Source: a virus
Taxonomy: Duplodnaviria; Caudoviricetes
Virus record (IMG/VR): IMGVR_UViG_3300010366_000014
Span: 1 to 59,310 of that record
Strand: one strand, 5' to 3'
DNA length: 59,310 nt
This document shows positions 1 through 7,554 of this stretch, piece by piece; position 1 is the first letter of the stretch; every line of letters starts with the position of its first letter. The notes beneath the pieces are model-generated. The model ran no database searches and had not been told where the DNA came from. It saw nothing but the letters and a program-made list of their open reading frames with translations. The position numbers and the translations under genes are program-made.

Positions 1-20
1 GTGCGATACCGGTGAACCGA
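1..20. repeat. Left arm of 20-bp inverted repeat at window ends
   Basis: GTGCGATACCGGTGAACCGA (1-20) is the exact reverse complement of 59291-59310. Confidence 0.95.
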
Positions 21-1284
21 CGGCCGCGCGCGTGATGATCGTCTGCTTGCGGCCCTTGTACTCATCGTGGGCCTTCACGGTCGCCTTGACGCGGTAGGTG
101 ACACCCTCCTTGTAGTCATCGGAGGTGCCGGTCCACCAGTTCACGGCGTTGCCGGTGGGGTCTTCCCACTTGTTCAGGTAGCGATCGCCCCAGTCACCCT
201 GGAACGCCCGGTAGCCCATGAATGTCAGCTCGAAGGTCTCGCGCTTGCCGACGGTGCCGACCCACTCGTTGGTGCGGGTGGCGGCGCGGCGCTCCTCGGC
301 CTGACGCGCGGCGCGCTGCTCGTGCAGCCGCTTGATGTAGCCGTAGACACTGGCGACGTAGCCCTCGTTACGCGCGCGGACGTAGTCGAGCTGGAGGAGC
401 ACACCGAGGTTGTGCTGGTAATCGTTGGGCTGTTCCACCAACGCCAGGGTCGCGCGCGCTTCGGTAATGATGGATTCGGCCTCGGCCGTGTCGGCCTCAG
501 TGATCGTCCAATCCTCGTCCCACTTGGCGCGCTGGGTCTCGCCCGCGTCCAGGCGCATCTGGTGCGACGCGCGGCCACTGGTGGACTTCCCATCGCCGTT
601 GCGGGCCTGGGAGGCGCTGAGGTAGCCGTGCTCGCGCACGGCCGCGCAGACGTAGGCGAGGTATTCGCCCAGCTCGTGGACACGCTCGCCGGAGCCGCCG
701 AAGCGCTCGCCGGCGGACGAGAGCGATTGCAGGTACTCAGCCATGGCCGCGAGCGCCTGGGGGTCGAGGCCGCCGAGGAAATCCTTGATGCACTGCCTGC
801 CCACTTGGAGCGTCCGGCCGTCCTCGTGGACGAGCACGAACGTGGCGGAGCGCCGGCGGCGCTTGCCGCAGTGCTCGCACAGGGTGGGGTCGGCCGTCTG
901 GTACTGGGCGGGCAGCTCGACGCCCGGGACGGAGCGGACGATCGTGCCGGCCTCGGTGCCCTCGAGGGTGCCACCGAGCGACCAGCCATCGTAGCGGGGC
1001 GTGGTGCCGGTGACGCGGACGCGGACGTGGAGGAAGTCACCCTTCTTCTCGAAGGGTTGGCCGTCGGCGTCGTAGGCGGTATACCAGCGGCGCTTGACGA
1101 TCTCGCCCAGGCGCTCGAGGGTGACGGGCGGGCAGCCGATCTTCGCTGCCTTGCGGTTGATGGCATCGATCTCGCGCTCGAAGCGGGCGACGTTGACCTC
1201 GGGGATCTCGTACTCGCCGATCGTGATTGCGTCATCCTGGGGCGCTGCGGTTGCGGTAATAGCGGAATCGGTGCAGACTGTCAT
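1..1284 (-). CDS. Conserved phage hypothetical protein (CxxC motif, C-terminal OB-fold-like region); 3' end runs off the window
   Basis: Own translation, missing from the ORF track because it is open-ended: AGGAG RBS then MTVCTDSAIT...CEHCGKRRRR...QVGRQCIKDFLG...WVGTVGKRETFELT...KATVKAHDEYKGRKQTIITR. No stop before base 1. Confidence 0.85.
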   Translation of the reverse strand, partial: MTVCTDSAITATAAPQDDAITIGEYEIPEVNVARFEREIDAINRKAAKIGCPPVTLERLGEIVKRRWYTAYDADGQPFEKKGDFLHVRVRVTGTTPRYDGWSLGGTLEGTEAGTIVRSVPGVELPAQYQTADPTLCEHCGKRRRRSATFVLVHEDGRTLQVGRQCIKDFLGGLDPQALAAMAEYLQSLSSAGERFGGSGERVHELGEYLAYVCAAVREHGYLSASQARNGDGKSTSGRASHQMRLDAGETQRAKWDEDWTITEADTAEAESIITEARATLALVEQPNDYQHNLGVLLQLDYVRARNEGYVASVYGYIKRLHEQRAARQAEERRAATRTNEWVGTVGKRETFELTFMGYRAFQGDWGDRYLNKWEDPTGNAVNWWTGTSDDYKEGVTYRVKATVKAHDEYKGRKQTIITRAAVGSPVSH

Positions 1285-1305
1285 CGGTGTGCTCCTTGTC
1301 AGGGA

Positions 1306-1373
1306 TTTGGTTCGCCGGTATCGCACAACAAGCCGTTTGACGGACAGCGGCAGTGCGATACCGACGAACCAAA
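1306..1373 (-). repeat. Long intergenic hairpin (21-bp arms, 26-nt spacer), related to the terminal inverted repeat
   Basis: TTTGGTTCGCCGGTATCGCAC (1306-1326) / GTGCGATACCGACGAACCAAA (1353-1373). The single mismatch is a U-G wobble on the minus strand. Confidence 0.85.
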
Positions 1374-1415
1374 CGGACGCGCGTCGGCGGCAACCGGCGC
1401 GCGTCGCTCTGTCGG

Positions 1416-1829
1416 TCAGACCGCGATCGCGGCGCGGCCGCGCGCGGTGAGGGTGATGATGCCCCGGTCATCCCAGGCGATGGCGATCAGGCGCTCGCGC
1501 TTGCACCAGTTCTGGACGTTGCCGTTGACCTTGATCTGGGGCAGGCCGGCGTTGCGGTAGTAGCTGTTCGTGCCGGTAGCGGCGATGGCCTCGAGGTAGG
1601 CGCGCTGCTTGTCGTTGAGCTTGGGCGGAGGCGTCTGGTCGATCGCGGCATCCTTGAGCGCGGTGATGCGGCGGTAGATGACATCGCGGCGCTCGCGGTA
1701 AAACGAGCAGTCATTGCCAGCGCGCTGGTAGGCGTCGATCTTGTCCTGGGCGGCCCGGGCCTCCTCTCGGAGGATGTCGAGATCGGTGAGGGTGGCGACG
1801 GAGCTGTGGTCGAACTGCGTGGTGTTCAC
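1416..1829 (-). CDS. Hypothetical early protein, C-terminal winged-helix-like
   Basis: AGGAG RBS, GTG start; KLNDKQRAYLEAI...ITLTARGRAA resembles a wHTH end. Confidence 0.7.
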   Translation of the reverse strand: MNTTQFDHSSVATLTDLDILREEARAAQDKIDAYQRAGNDCSFYRERRDVIYRRITALKDAAIDQTPPPKLNDKQRAYLEAIAATGTNSYYRNAGLPQIKVNGNVQNWCKRERLIAIAWDDRGIITLTARGRAAIAV

Positions 1830-1839
1830 GGTGGTCTCC

Positions 1840-2064
1840 TTAGCTGTTGTCTCGGACGGTCATGAGCGCCTGAAAGCGCGCGCGCAGGATGCCGCGATCG
1901 CTCAGGCAGGCCAGTAGCTCCTCATCGGAGTAGCGGGGATTGGCGATCGCCTCCTCCAGCTCATCGAGGACGGCCGCGATCAGATCGAGCGCGGCACCGG
2001 GATTCTCGGGGAGGGTGATGGTCTCATCACCCAGGACGATCGGGGCGAACGGGTCGGTATTCAT
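1840..2064 (-). CDS. Hypothetical early protein
   Basis: GAGGAG RBS then MNTDPFAPIVLG... Confidence 0.7.
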   Translation of the reverse strand: MNTDPFAPIVLGDETITLPENPGAALDLIAAVLDELEEAIANPRYSDEELLACLSDRGILRARFQALMTVRDNS

Positions 2065-2119
2065 GGGGGCGCTCCTCGAGCGGTAAGCATGCTTACGAAA
2101 GCATGCTTTTTCGTGGATA

Positions 2120-2422
2120 TCAGGCGATCGCGGCGGAGCCGGTCTCGGGCCAGCCAGCACGCCCGAGGGCGCGCTGGAGGGCAGCGAACTCGACCTGATG
2201 GTCGATGACGAGCCGGTGGGTTGCCGGCGTGTAGTGGTGGGTGCGGACACCGTGATACCACGTCTCATCGTGGTGGCCGTCGGTGGTGCCGACCCACATC
2301 GGCACGCCCGTCTGGCTATGATCCTTGGCCAGGACACGCGCGCGGGTGAGGGTGGAGCAGACGATCTCCTCCTGATGGTAGAGGGCGCGCGGGAACATGA
2401 CGCGGAAATACTTGTGTCGCAT
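2120..2422 (-). CDS. Hypothetical early protein downstream of hammerhead HH3
   Basis: GGGAGAG RBS then MRHKYFRVMF... Confidence 0.75.
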   Translation of the reverse strand: MRHKYFRVMFPRALYHQEEIVCSTLTRARVLAKDHSQTGVPMWVGTTDGHHDETWYHGVRTHHYTPATHRLVIDHQVEFAALQRALGRAGWPETGSAAIA

Positions 2423-2432
2423 GGTGGTGACT

Positions 2433-2505
2433 CTCCCGTTTCGCGCTTATTGGCCGTAGCCACGCGCGCATTCAGCGCCGGCACCGATTAGCCGGTAGAC
2501 GGGAG
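2433..2505 (-). ncRNA. Type III hammerhead ribozyme HH3 (variant core)
   Basis: Minus strand: CUCCCG-UC | UACCGGC-uaaucggu-GCCGGCG | CUGAAUGC | GCGC-g-UGGC-uacg-GCCA-auaa-GCGC | GAAA | CGGGAG. Predicted GUC cleavage between 2498 and 2497. Confidence 0.75.
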
Positions 2506-2529
2506 GGCGGCGGGTGCCGCCCGGGGAAA

Positions 2530-2766
2530 CTAGGCCTCGTTCACGCGGCCGCGCATGAGGGTGATGTAGTTCGTCTCGAAGCTCATGACGGTGACCTCGC
2601 GCTGCCGGAGAACGGCGGCGACGGCCTGACGCTGCCACGTCTCGCGGATCGGCTCGGTGGTCTCACCGCGAATATCCAGTTCCATGTTGATGGACTGGAT
2701 GCGATTCTTGAGGCGCTCGGAGCGCTGGAGCTGGGCGATGTGCGGGTGAACGGCGTGCTTTGCCAT
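2530..2766 (-). CDS. Hypothetical early protein
   Basis: GGGAG RBS then MAKHAVHPHIAQ... Confidence 0.75.
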   Translation of the reverse strand: MAKHAVHPHIAQLQRSERLKNRIQSINMELDIRGETTEPIRETWQRQAVAAVLRQREVTVMSFETNYITLMRGRVNEA

Positions 2767-2832
2767 GGTGGTGACTCCCTGATGGTGAAGGTGGCGGACC
2801 GGCCCGAGCGGCCGGCCCGATGTCATATCCCC

Positions 2833-3066
2833 TTAGCTGGCGCTCTCGGCGGCCGGCCGGACGCGGACGATGAGATCGTCCGAGTAGATCTTGAGCACCT
2901 CGAGCGGGGTCTCGCGATCGATCATGCGCATGGCCTGCCGATCGATGCCGGTGCGGATCGAGATCGCGGTCTCGCCCCTGGTGTTGAGATTGAAGCGGAT
3001 AACGCGGGCCTTGGCCTGCGCGCGCTTGATGTCGTTGACGGTCTTCTGGACGGATGTGGTGCTCAT
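2833..3066 (-). CDS. Hypothetical early protein downstream of hammerhead HH2
   Basis: GAGGAG RBS then MSTTSVQKTVNDIK... Confidence 0.75.
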   Translation of the reverse strand: MSTTSVQKTVNDIKRAQAKARVIRFNLNTRGETAISIRTGIDRQAMRMIDRETPLEVLKIYSDDLIVRVRPAAESAS

Positions 3067-3080
3067 GGTGTGGTGTGACT

Positions 3081-3139
3081 CCTCGTTTCGCGCTACTGCG
3101 CTCATTCAGCGCCCGGACCTGTAACCGGGACAGACGAGG
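3081..3139 (-). ncRNA. Type III hammerhead ribozyme HH2 (core with one extra A)
   Basis: Minus strand: CCUCG-UC | UGUCCCGG-uuacaggu-CCGGGCG | CUGAAUGA | GCGC-agua-GCGC | GAAA | CGAGG. Predicted GUC cleavage between 3133 and 3132. Confidence 0.85.
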
Positions 3140-3419
3140 GTTGGGGTCGCTGGCGCGCCGGTAATGTTGGAAAATCCCGGGGCGCGGTACGAACGGTAAT
3201 ACTGGATCGGGCGGGGGGAATTTTCCGGGGCGCGGGGGAGGCGGTATAGACGGAATGCGGCGGCGCGCGCGGGCGGGATCGGCGGGGCGGAGGCGATCGG
3301 CGGCTGGCCGGAGCGTGGGCGTACGTACACAGCGGGTCTGGCCTGATGCGCGCGGCCGGCCGGACACTGCCGGCAGCGGCCGCGATGCGCGTGGGGACGG
3401 ATCGGCCGGCCGGCCGGAC

Positions 3420-4154
3420 CTATTGGCCGGCCGCGATCGCGGCCGCTTTGGCCGCGTCCTTGCGTGCTTTGGTGGCCGCGCGCTTTGCAGCGGTCCGGGC
3501 CTTTGCGGCCGCGCGCGCGACCATATCGGTCGGCGGGGTCGGCGGGACAATCAGCGTGCCGGCAAGCGCGGCCGCAAGTGAGTTGAAATAGATCGCGTGT
3601 CCGCTGCCGGCGTAGGTCGCCTGCCAATCAGCGTACGCGCGCCATTGATTGGCGGCCGATCCGTCAAACAAGAGGAACGCATCGGTGATGTACTCATTCC
3701 ATGTCGCCCAATCACCGCGCAGCTTTTCCGCGTCCGCTTTGGAAAGTCCCATGCCTTTGCGCAAAGCCAGGATATCGATGCAGGGACAATCGTATCCCAT
3801 GCATGCGGCCGCAAAGGATGCCTTTGCAAAGGCCAGACCGGTGATATTGTCCTTGATGAACGCGGCCATATCCCAATCGGATCGGCGGAAATCGGCCGTC
3901 GTAAGCTTTGGCAAGAGCGCATCCACGTCCTGAAGGCCGTCATGCGTCATGCTGAAGAACCGCTTGTGATGGGTCTCCCCATCAACCGTCCATTCACCGA
4001 AGTGCTCCTCGTGAGGAGCTACCTTCTCATTGACGCTGTGCAGCGCAAAGCCGCACCCAAAGCGAAAGAGCGTCCGCAGTCCGGCCGTATCGTCTTCCTC
4101 AATCATCGCGATACGGACCGCAGACAGAACCTGAAGATTGTCCAACGCTTGCAT
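3420..4154 (-). CDS. HhH-GPD DNA glycosylase-like protein with Ala/Lys/Arg-rich C-terminal tail; first gene of the early operon
   Basis: ITGLAFAKASFAAACMGYDCPCID resembles the HhH...Asp motif of Ogg2/EndoIII-superfamily enzymes. Start moved to MQALDNL (AAGGA RBS) because the upstream ATG lies inside HH1. Confidence 0.6.
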   Translation of the reverse strand: MQALDNLQVLSAVRIAMIEEDDTAGLRTLFRFGCGFALHSVNEKVAPHEEHFGEWTVDGETHHKRFFSMTHDGLQDVDALLPKLTTADFRRSDWDMAAFIKDNITGLAFAKASFAAACMGYDCPCIDILALRKGMGLSKADAEKLRGDWATWNEYITDAFLLFDGSAANQWRAYADWQATYAGSGHAIYFNSLAAALAGTLIVPPTPPTDMVARAAAKARTAAKRAATKARKDAAKAAAIAAGQ

Positions 4155-4192
4155 GGTACACATCCTTGCCGGCAGCGGCCGGCCACATTCAT

Positions 4193-4252
4193 ACGCGCTG
4201 ATTTCGCCATCCATGGCTCATCAGACCGGATCACATCCGATTATCATCGCGT
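4193..4252 (-). ncRNA. Type III hammerhead ribozyme HH1 (canonical core)
   Basis: Minus strand: ACGCG-a-UGAU-A | AUCGGAU-gug-AUCCGGU | CUGAUGA | GCCA-ugga-UGGC | GAAA | UCA-g-CGCGU. Predicted AUA cleavage between 4242 and 4241. Confidence 0.9.
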
Positions 4253-4531
4253 CCGGTCCGCGTCCTACATCCGGCCGGCCGTATCTACCCTGCTTTGGCT
4301 ATCTAGGCCATGCGTCGATACGGCCGCGTGTATTCCGCGTCCGGTGATTGCTACTCGCGCACATCAACAGTACTCCGGCTTTTCACATAGCAGCGTGTCC
4401 GCCGTACTTTCAGGTATGGGTACAGAGGTTGCCTATGCGGCCGGGATCATCCCATGAATGGGGTCCGCGCGAGGGGCGGGCGTCGCGCGCGTGGGACTGC
4501 GCGTCGCGCCCTGGCTTCAACTGTCAAGGAC

Positions 4532-4561
4532 AGTATAGCAGGCGAAGCGCCTACCTGTCAA
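4532..4561 (-). promoter_or_regulatory. Strong sigma70-type early promoter with palindromic operator in the spacer
   Basis: Minus strand TTGACA-18 nt-TATACT with TGn extension; spacer contains TAGGCG-CTT-CGCCTG. Confidence 0.8.
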
Positions 4562-4732
4562 GCGCCTAGGGCATGCAATTTTCCGCGTCCGGACCCGGAA
4601 TACGGCCGGCCGATCGGACCCTACCGCTTAGTGGCAGCAGTTACCGTGTGAGACATAATCCCCATGGAATGATAGCCGCGCGCGCAGGCCTGTGGGGGAT
4701 GATAGCCGGACGTACCATCACCCGGGCGTATC

Positions 4733-4981
4733 TAGGCGTCTCGCCTATACCCATGGGGATCGATAGCCTCGGCCAATGGTGCAGGGCGGATGTTATCGCC
4801 ACGCTACGGATCGGCGTGGGGCCGGCGGGATCGATCGGACCCGACACCGGACCCGGACCCCGGGGCACGCGCGCCGATCGGCCGGGACGATCCATACCAC
4901 TATGCGAACATTCCCCATAGGCGCCTCGCCTAGGCCTGGAGGCACGGACCCCGGGAAGATCGTCCCTAGGCGTCTCGCCTA
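4733..4981. promoter_or_regulatory. Three copies of palindrome TAGGCG-N3-CGCCTA
   Basis: Copies at 4733-4747, 4918-4932 and 4967-4981. Confidence 0.75.
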
Positions 4982-5126
4982 TAGCTGGTAGCTGCCACCG
5001 TGCCGGAGGATCCCGCCGTGCCGATATATAGCGTTCCGCCAAAGATTTGGGCGGGGCTAGGCACCCCGGAGGCCGCCGGCGTCATCGTATCCATCCCGAG
5101 TCGGGGAGTTGAATGAGGAGCATTGC

Positions 5127-5786
5127 ATGAACCGTAAGGACCGACCTAAGCCTTTGCCCCCACCCCGCCCGAAGAGCAAGGGGCTGATCCCACTCGGCTG
5201 GAAGATCGACCCGCCCGCGCTCGAGCCGGCCGAGGTGCCGAAGGGCCGGGTGGTGGGCCGGGGCACGGCGAACCGCACGCTCGGGATCACGGCCCGGGAG
5301 GATCGGCTGGACCGCGCTGCGGGAGGGCCGGTGGCGCAGGGAGCACCGACGGCGAAAGCGATGGCGGCGGCCCTGCGGGCGAACCGGGGGTTATACGCAC
5401 CGGCGGCGCACGCGCTCGGGGTCTCGCTCAACCTCGTCACGCGCTACTGCGAGAAGTACCAGATGTGCCGGATCGCCCGAGACGAGGCGCGAGCGGCGAT
5501 GAAGGATGTGACGGAGGCGAAGCTCTTCGACTCGATCGAGGCCGGCCAGCCGTGGGCGATCCAGTTCTTCGCGAAGACCCAGATGCGGGAGCGGGGCTAC
5601 GGCGACGAGCGGGTGGTGGATGTGCACGTGAAGCCCGAACCGCCGGCAGCGCCGGTGGAGGAGATCGACTATGACGATTTCAACCGACGCACCGAGAACG
5701 CCCTCCGACTCGTCGCACGCATTGACCGCGCTCAGGGGGCTGAACCCGGAGCGGAAGCGGATCATCAGGAAGACGCTACTGGATAA
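5127..5786 (+). CDS. terS: Terminase small subunit
   Basis: HTH (AAHALGVSLNLV) and EAKLFDSIEAGQPWAIQFFAKT..RERGY motif; directly before TerL; GAGGAG RBS. Confidence 0.8.
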   Translation: MNRKDRPKPLPPPRPKSKGLIPLGWKIDPPALEPAEVPKGRVVGRGTANRTLGITAREDRLDRAAGGPVAQGAPTAKAMAAALRANRGLYAPAAHALGVSLNLVTRYCEKYQMCRIARDEARAAMKDVTEAKLFDSIEAGQPWAIQFFAKTQMRERGYGDERVVDVHVKPEPPAAPVEEIDYDDFNRRTENALRLVARIDRAQGAEPGAEADHQEDATG

Positions 5787-7055
5787 CCCGTACATCCCCC
5801 ACTCCCCGACCGAGCGGCAGGCGGAGTTTTTGAGCCTGATGCTGCGCGAGGCCTTCTATGGCGGCGCAGCGGGGGGGGCAAGTCGGACGCGCTGCTGATG
5901 GCGGCGGCGCAGTTCGTGGATAAACCCGGCTACGCGGCGCTCCTCCTGCGGCGGACGTACGCGGATCTCTCCCTGCCGGGTGCCATCATGGATCGATCGC
6001 ACACGTGGTGGGACACGACGGACGCCCACTGGGACCGGGTCGAGAAGGAATGGACCTTCCCCGCTGGCGGCCGCGTCTCCTTCGGCTTCTTGGCCAACGA
6101 TCAGGATCTCGAGCGCTACAAGAGTGCCGAGTTTCAGTTCATCGGCATGGATGAAGCGACCCAGTTTACGGGCTACCAGTACACCTATATCGGCTCGCGG
6201 CTCCGGCGGGCGGTTGGCTCGAAGATCCCGATCCGCATGCGTGGGGCGTCCAACCCGGGCGGCATCGGCCACGAGTTCATCAAGGGGCGCTTCCTCGGCG
6301 AGCACGCCGATCCGGCCCTGCCGTTCATTCCCGCCAAGCTCACCGACAACCCGCACCTCGATCAGGTCGAGTACCAGAAGTCGCTCGAGAACCTCGACCC
6401 CGTCACCCGCGCCCAGCTCCTCAACGGCGACTGGGATGCGCGCCACGAGGGCGGCTTATTCGATCGCACCAACTTCCGCGTCATCGACCATCTGCCCGAG
6501 CAGGCCACCCGCGTGCGTTACTGGGATCTCGCCGCCACCGTCGCCAAACCCGGCCGCGATCCCGACTGGACCGTCGGCGCGCGTGTCGCCCGGACCCCGC
6601 AGGGGCGCTTCGTGATCGAGGACATCATCCGCGTCCGCGTCTCTCCCGCCGAAGTCGAAGCGCTTCAGCGCCGCACAGCCGAGCGGGACGGCACCGGGGT
6701 GAGTGTCTATGTCGAGCAGGAGCCGGGTGCCTCGGGCAAGATCGTCGCCGACCGGCTGATTCGCGAAGTGCTTGTGGGATATGCCTGCTACGCCGTCCGC
6801 GCCACCGGCTCGAAGGAGGAGCGCGCGCGGCCGTACTCGGCACAGGTCGCCGCCGGCAATGTGGACATCCTGCGCGCCGGGTGGAACCTCCCGTTCTACG
6901 ACGAGCATGAGGCATTTCCCTTTGGCGCACATGACGATCAGGTCGATGCCAGTTCCGGCGCGTTCTCGCAGTTGGCCGTCCGCCGCGTCGTCATCGAGGC
7001 GTTCGCCGGCGGCACCCGCTACACCCCGTCCGTCACCCTGGCCAATATCCGATGA
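5671..7055 (+). CDS. terL: Terminase large subunit, frameshifted in a G8 run within Walker A
   Basis: Joining ORFs 5671-5898 and 5898-7055 with one extra G gives PTERQ...YGGAAGGGKSDALL. Also FIGMDEATQF (Walker B), ASNPGG, and nuclease motifs YWDLA and HDDQVDA. Confidence 0.92.
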
Positions 7056-7311
7056 AAAAGGCCCGGGCCGTTGCTCATAGCGGCCGGGGCCATGGTGCCG
7101 GCTGTGCGTGCAGCCGACGCCACGATTGTACTGCATTCCGCACCACACGCCCTCCCCACCGGAGTGCGCCGGCGGGGCCGCCTGCTCCGTCAGATGCGGG
7201 TTGAATGATCGAGGGTGCGCCAGATAAAAAGACGTACATGGGGCTTTTTCCAGAAGATAACCCACGCACAACGACCCGACGCCCGGATAGCGTAACACAG
7301 GAGGCAAGCCC

Positions 7312-7554
7312 ATGTGGGACGACTGGGACAAACCTGTCTGGCTGCTCAAGTTCACACCGGAGGAGCAGCAACTGATCGCCATGGCCCGCGAGCACCTCCT
7401 CCACCCCGTCGGTGAGAAAACCGGCCACTTCTCCCTCAAGGCGTACGGCGTCATCGGCAAGCTCGTACAGCTACTGGAGGAGCGCGATCGATGCCACGAG
7501 GACACTTCAGCACCCACCCCGTATTCACCGACCCTGCGAGCGGCGAGCGACTGA
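7312..7554 (+). CDS. Hypothetical protein
   Basis: AGGAGG RBS; ORF track. Confidence 0.7.
   Translation: MWDDWDKPVWLLKFTPEEQQLIAMAREHLLHPVGEKTGHFSLKAYGVIGKLVQLLEERDRCHEDTSAPTPYSPTLRAASD

Noticed and set aside
67-1560. 497-aa plus-strand ORF and many other long overlapping ORFs (e.g. 6456-8081 -, 19278-21086 -, 21411-23828 -)
   Set aside because: Antisense shadows of real genes in high-GC DNA; no RBS or recognisable motifs.
2767-2832. A fourth hammerhead between early genes 2 and 3
   Set aside because: Only a GC hairpin and the shared RBS block; no CUGA..GA or GAAA core.
4155-4214. N-terminal extension MDGEISAY... of the HhH gene
   Set aside because: That ATG is inside stem II of HH1 with no RBS; the ATG at 4154 has an AAGGA RBS.
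7052-7311. Small ORF or ncRNA after terL
   Set aside because: One hairpin and short ORFs without RBS; a Cys-rich frame has no start codon. Not enough support.
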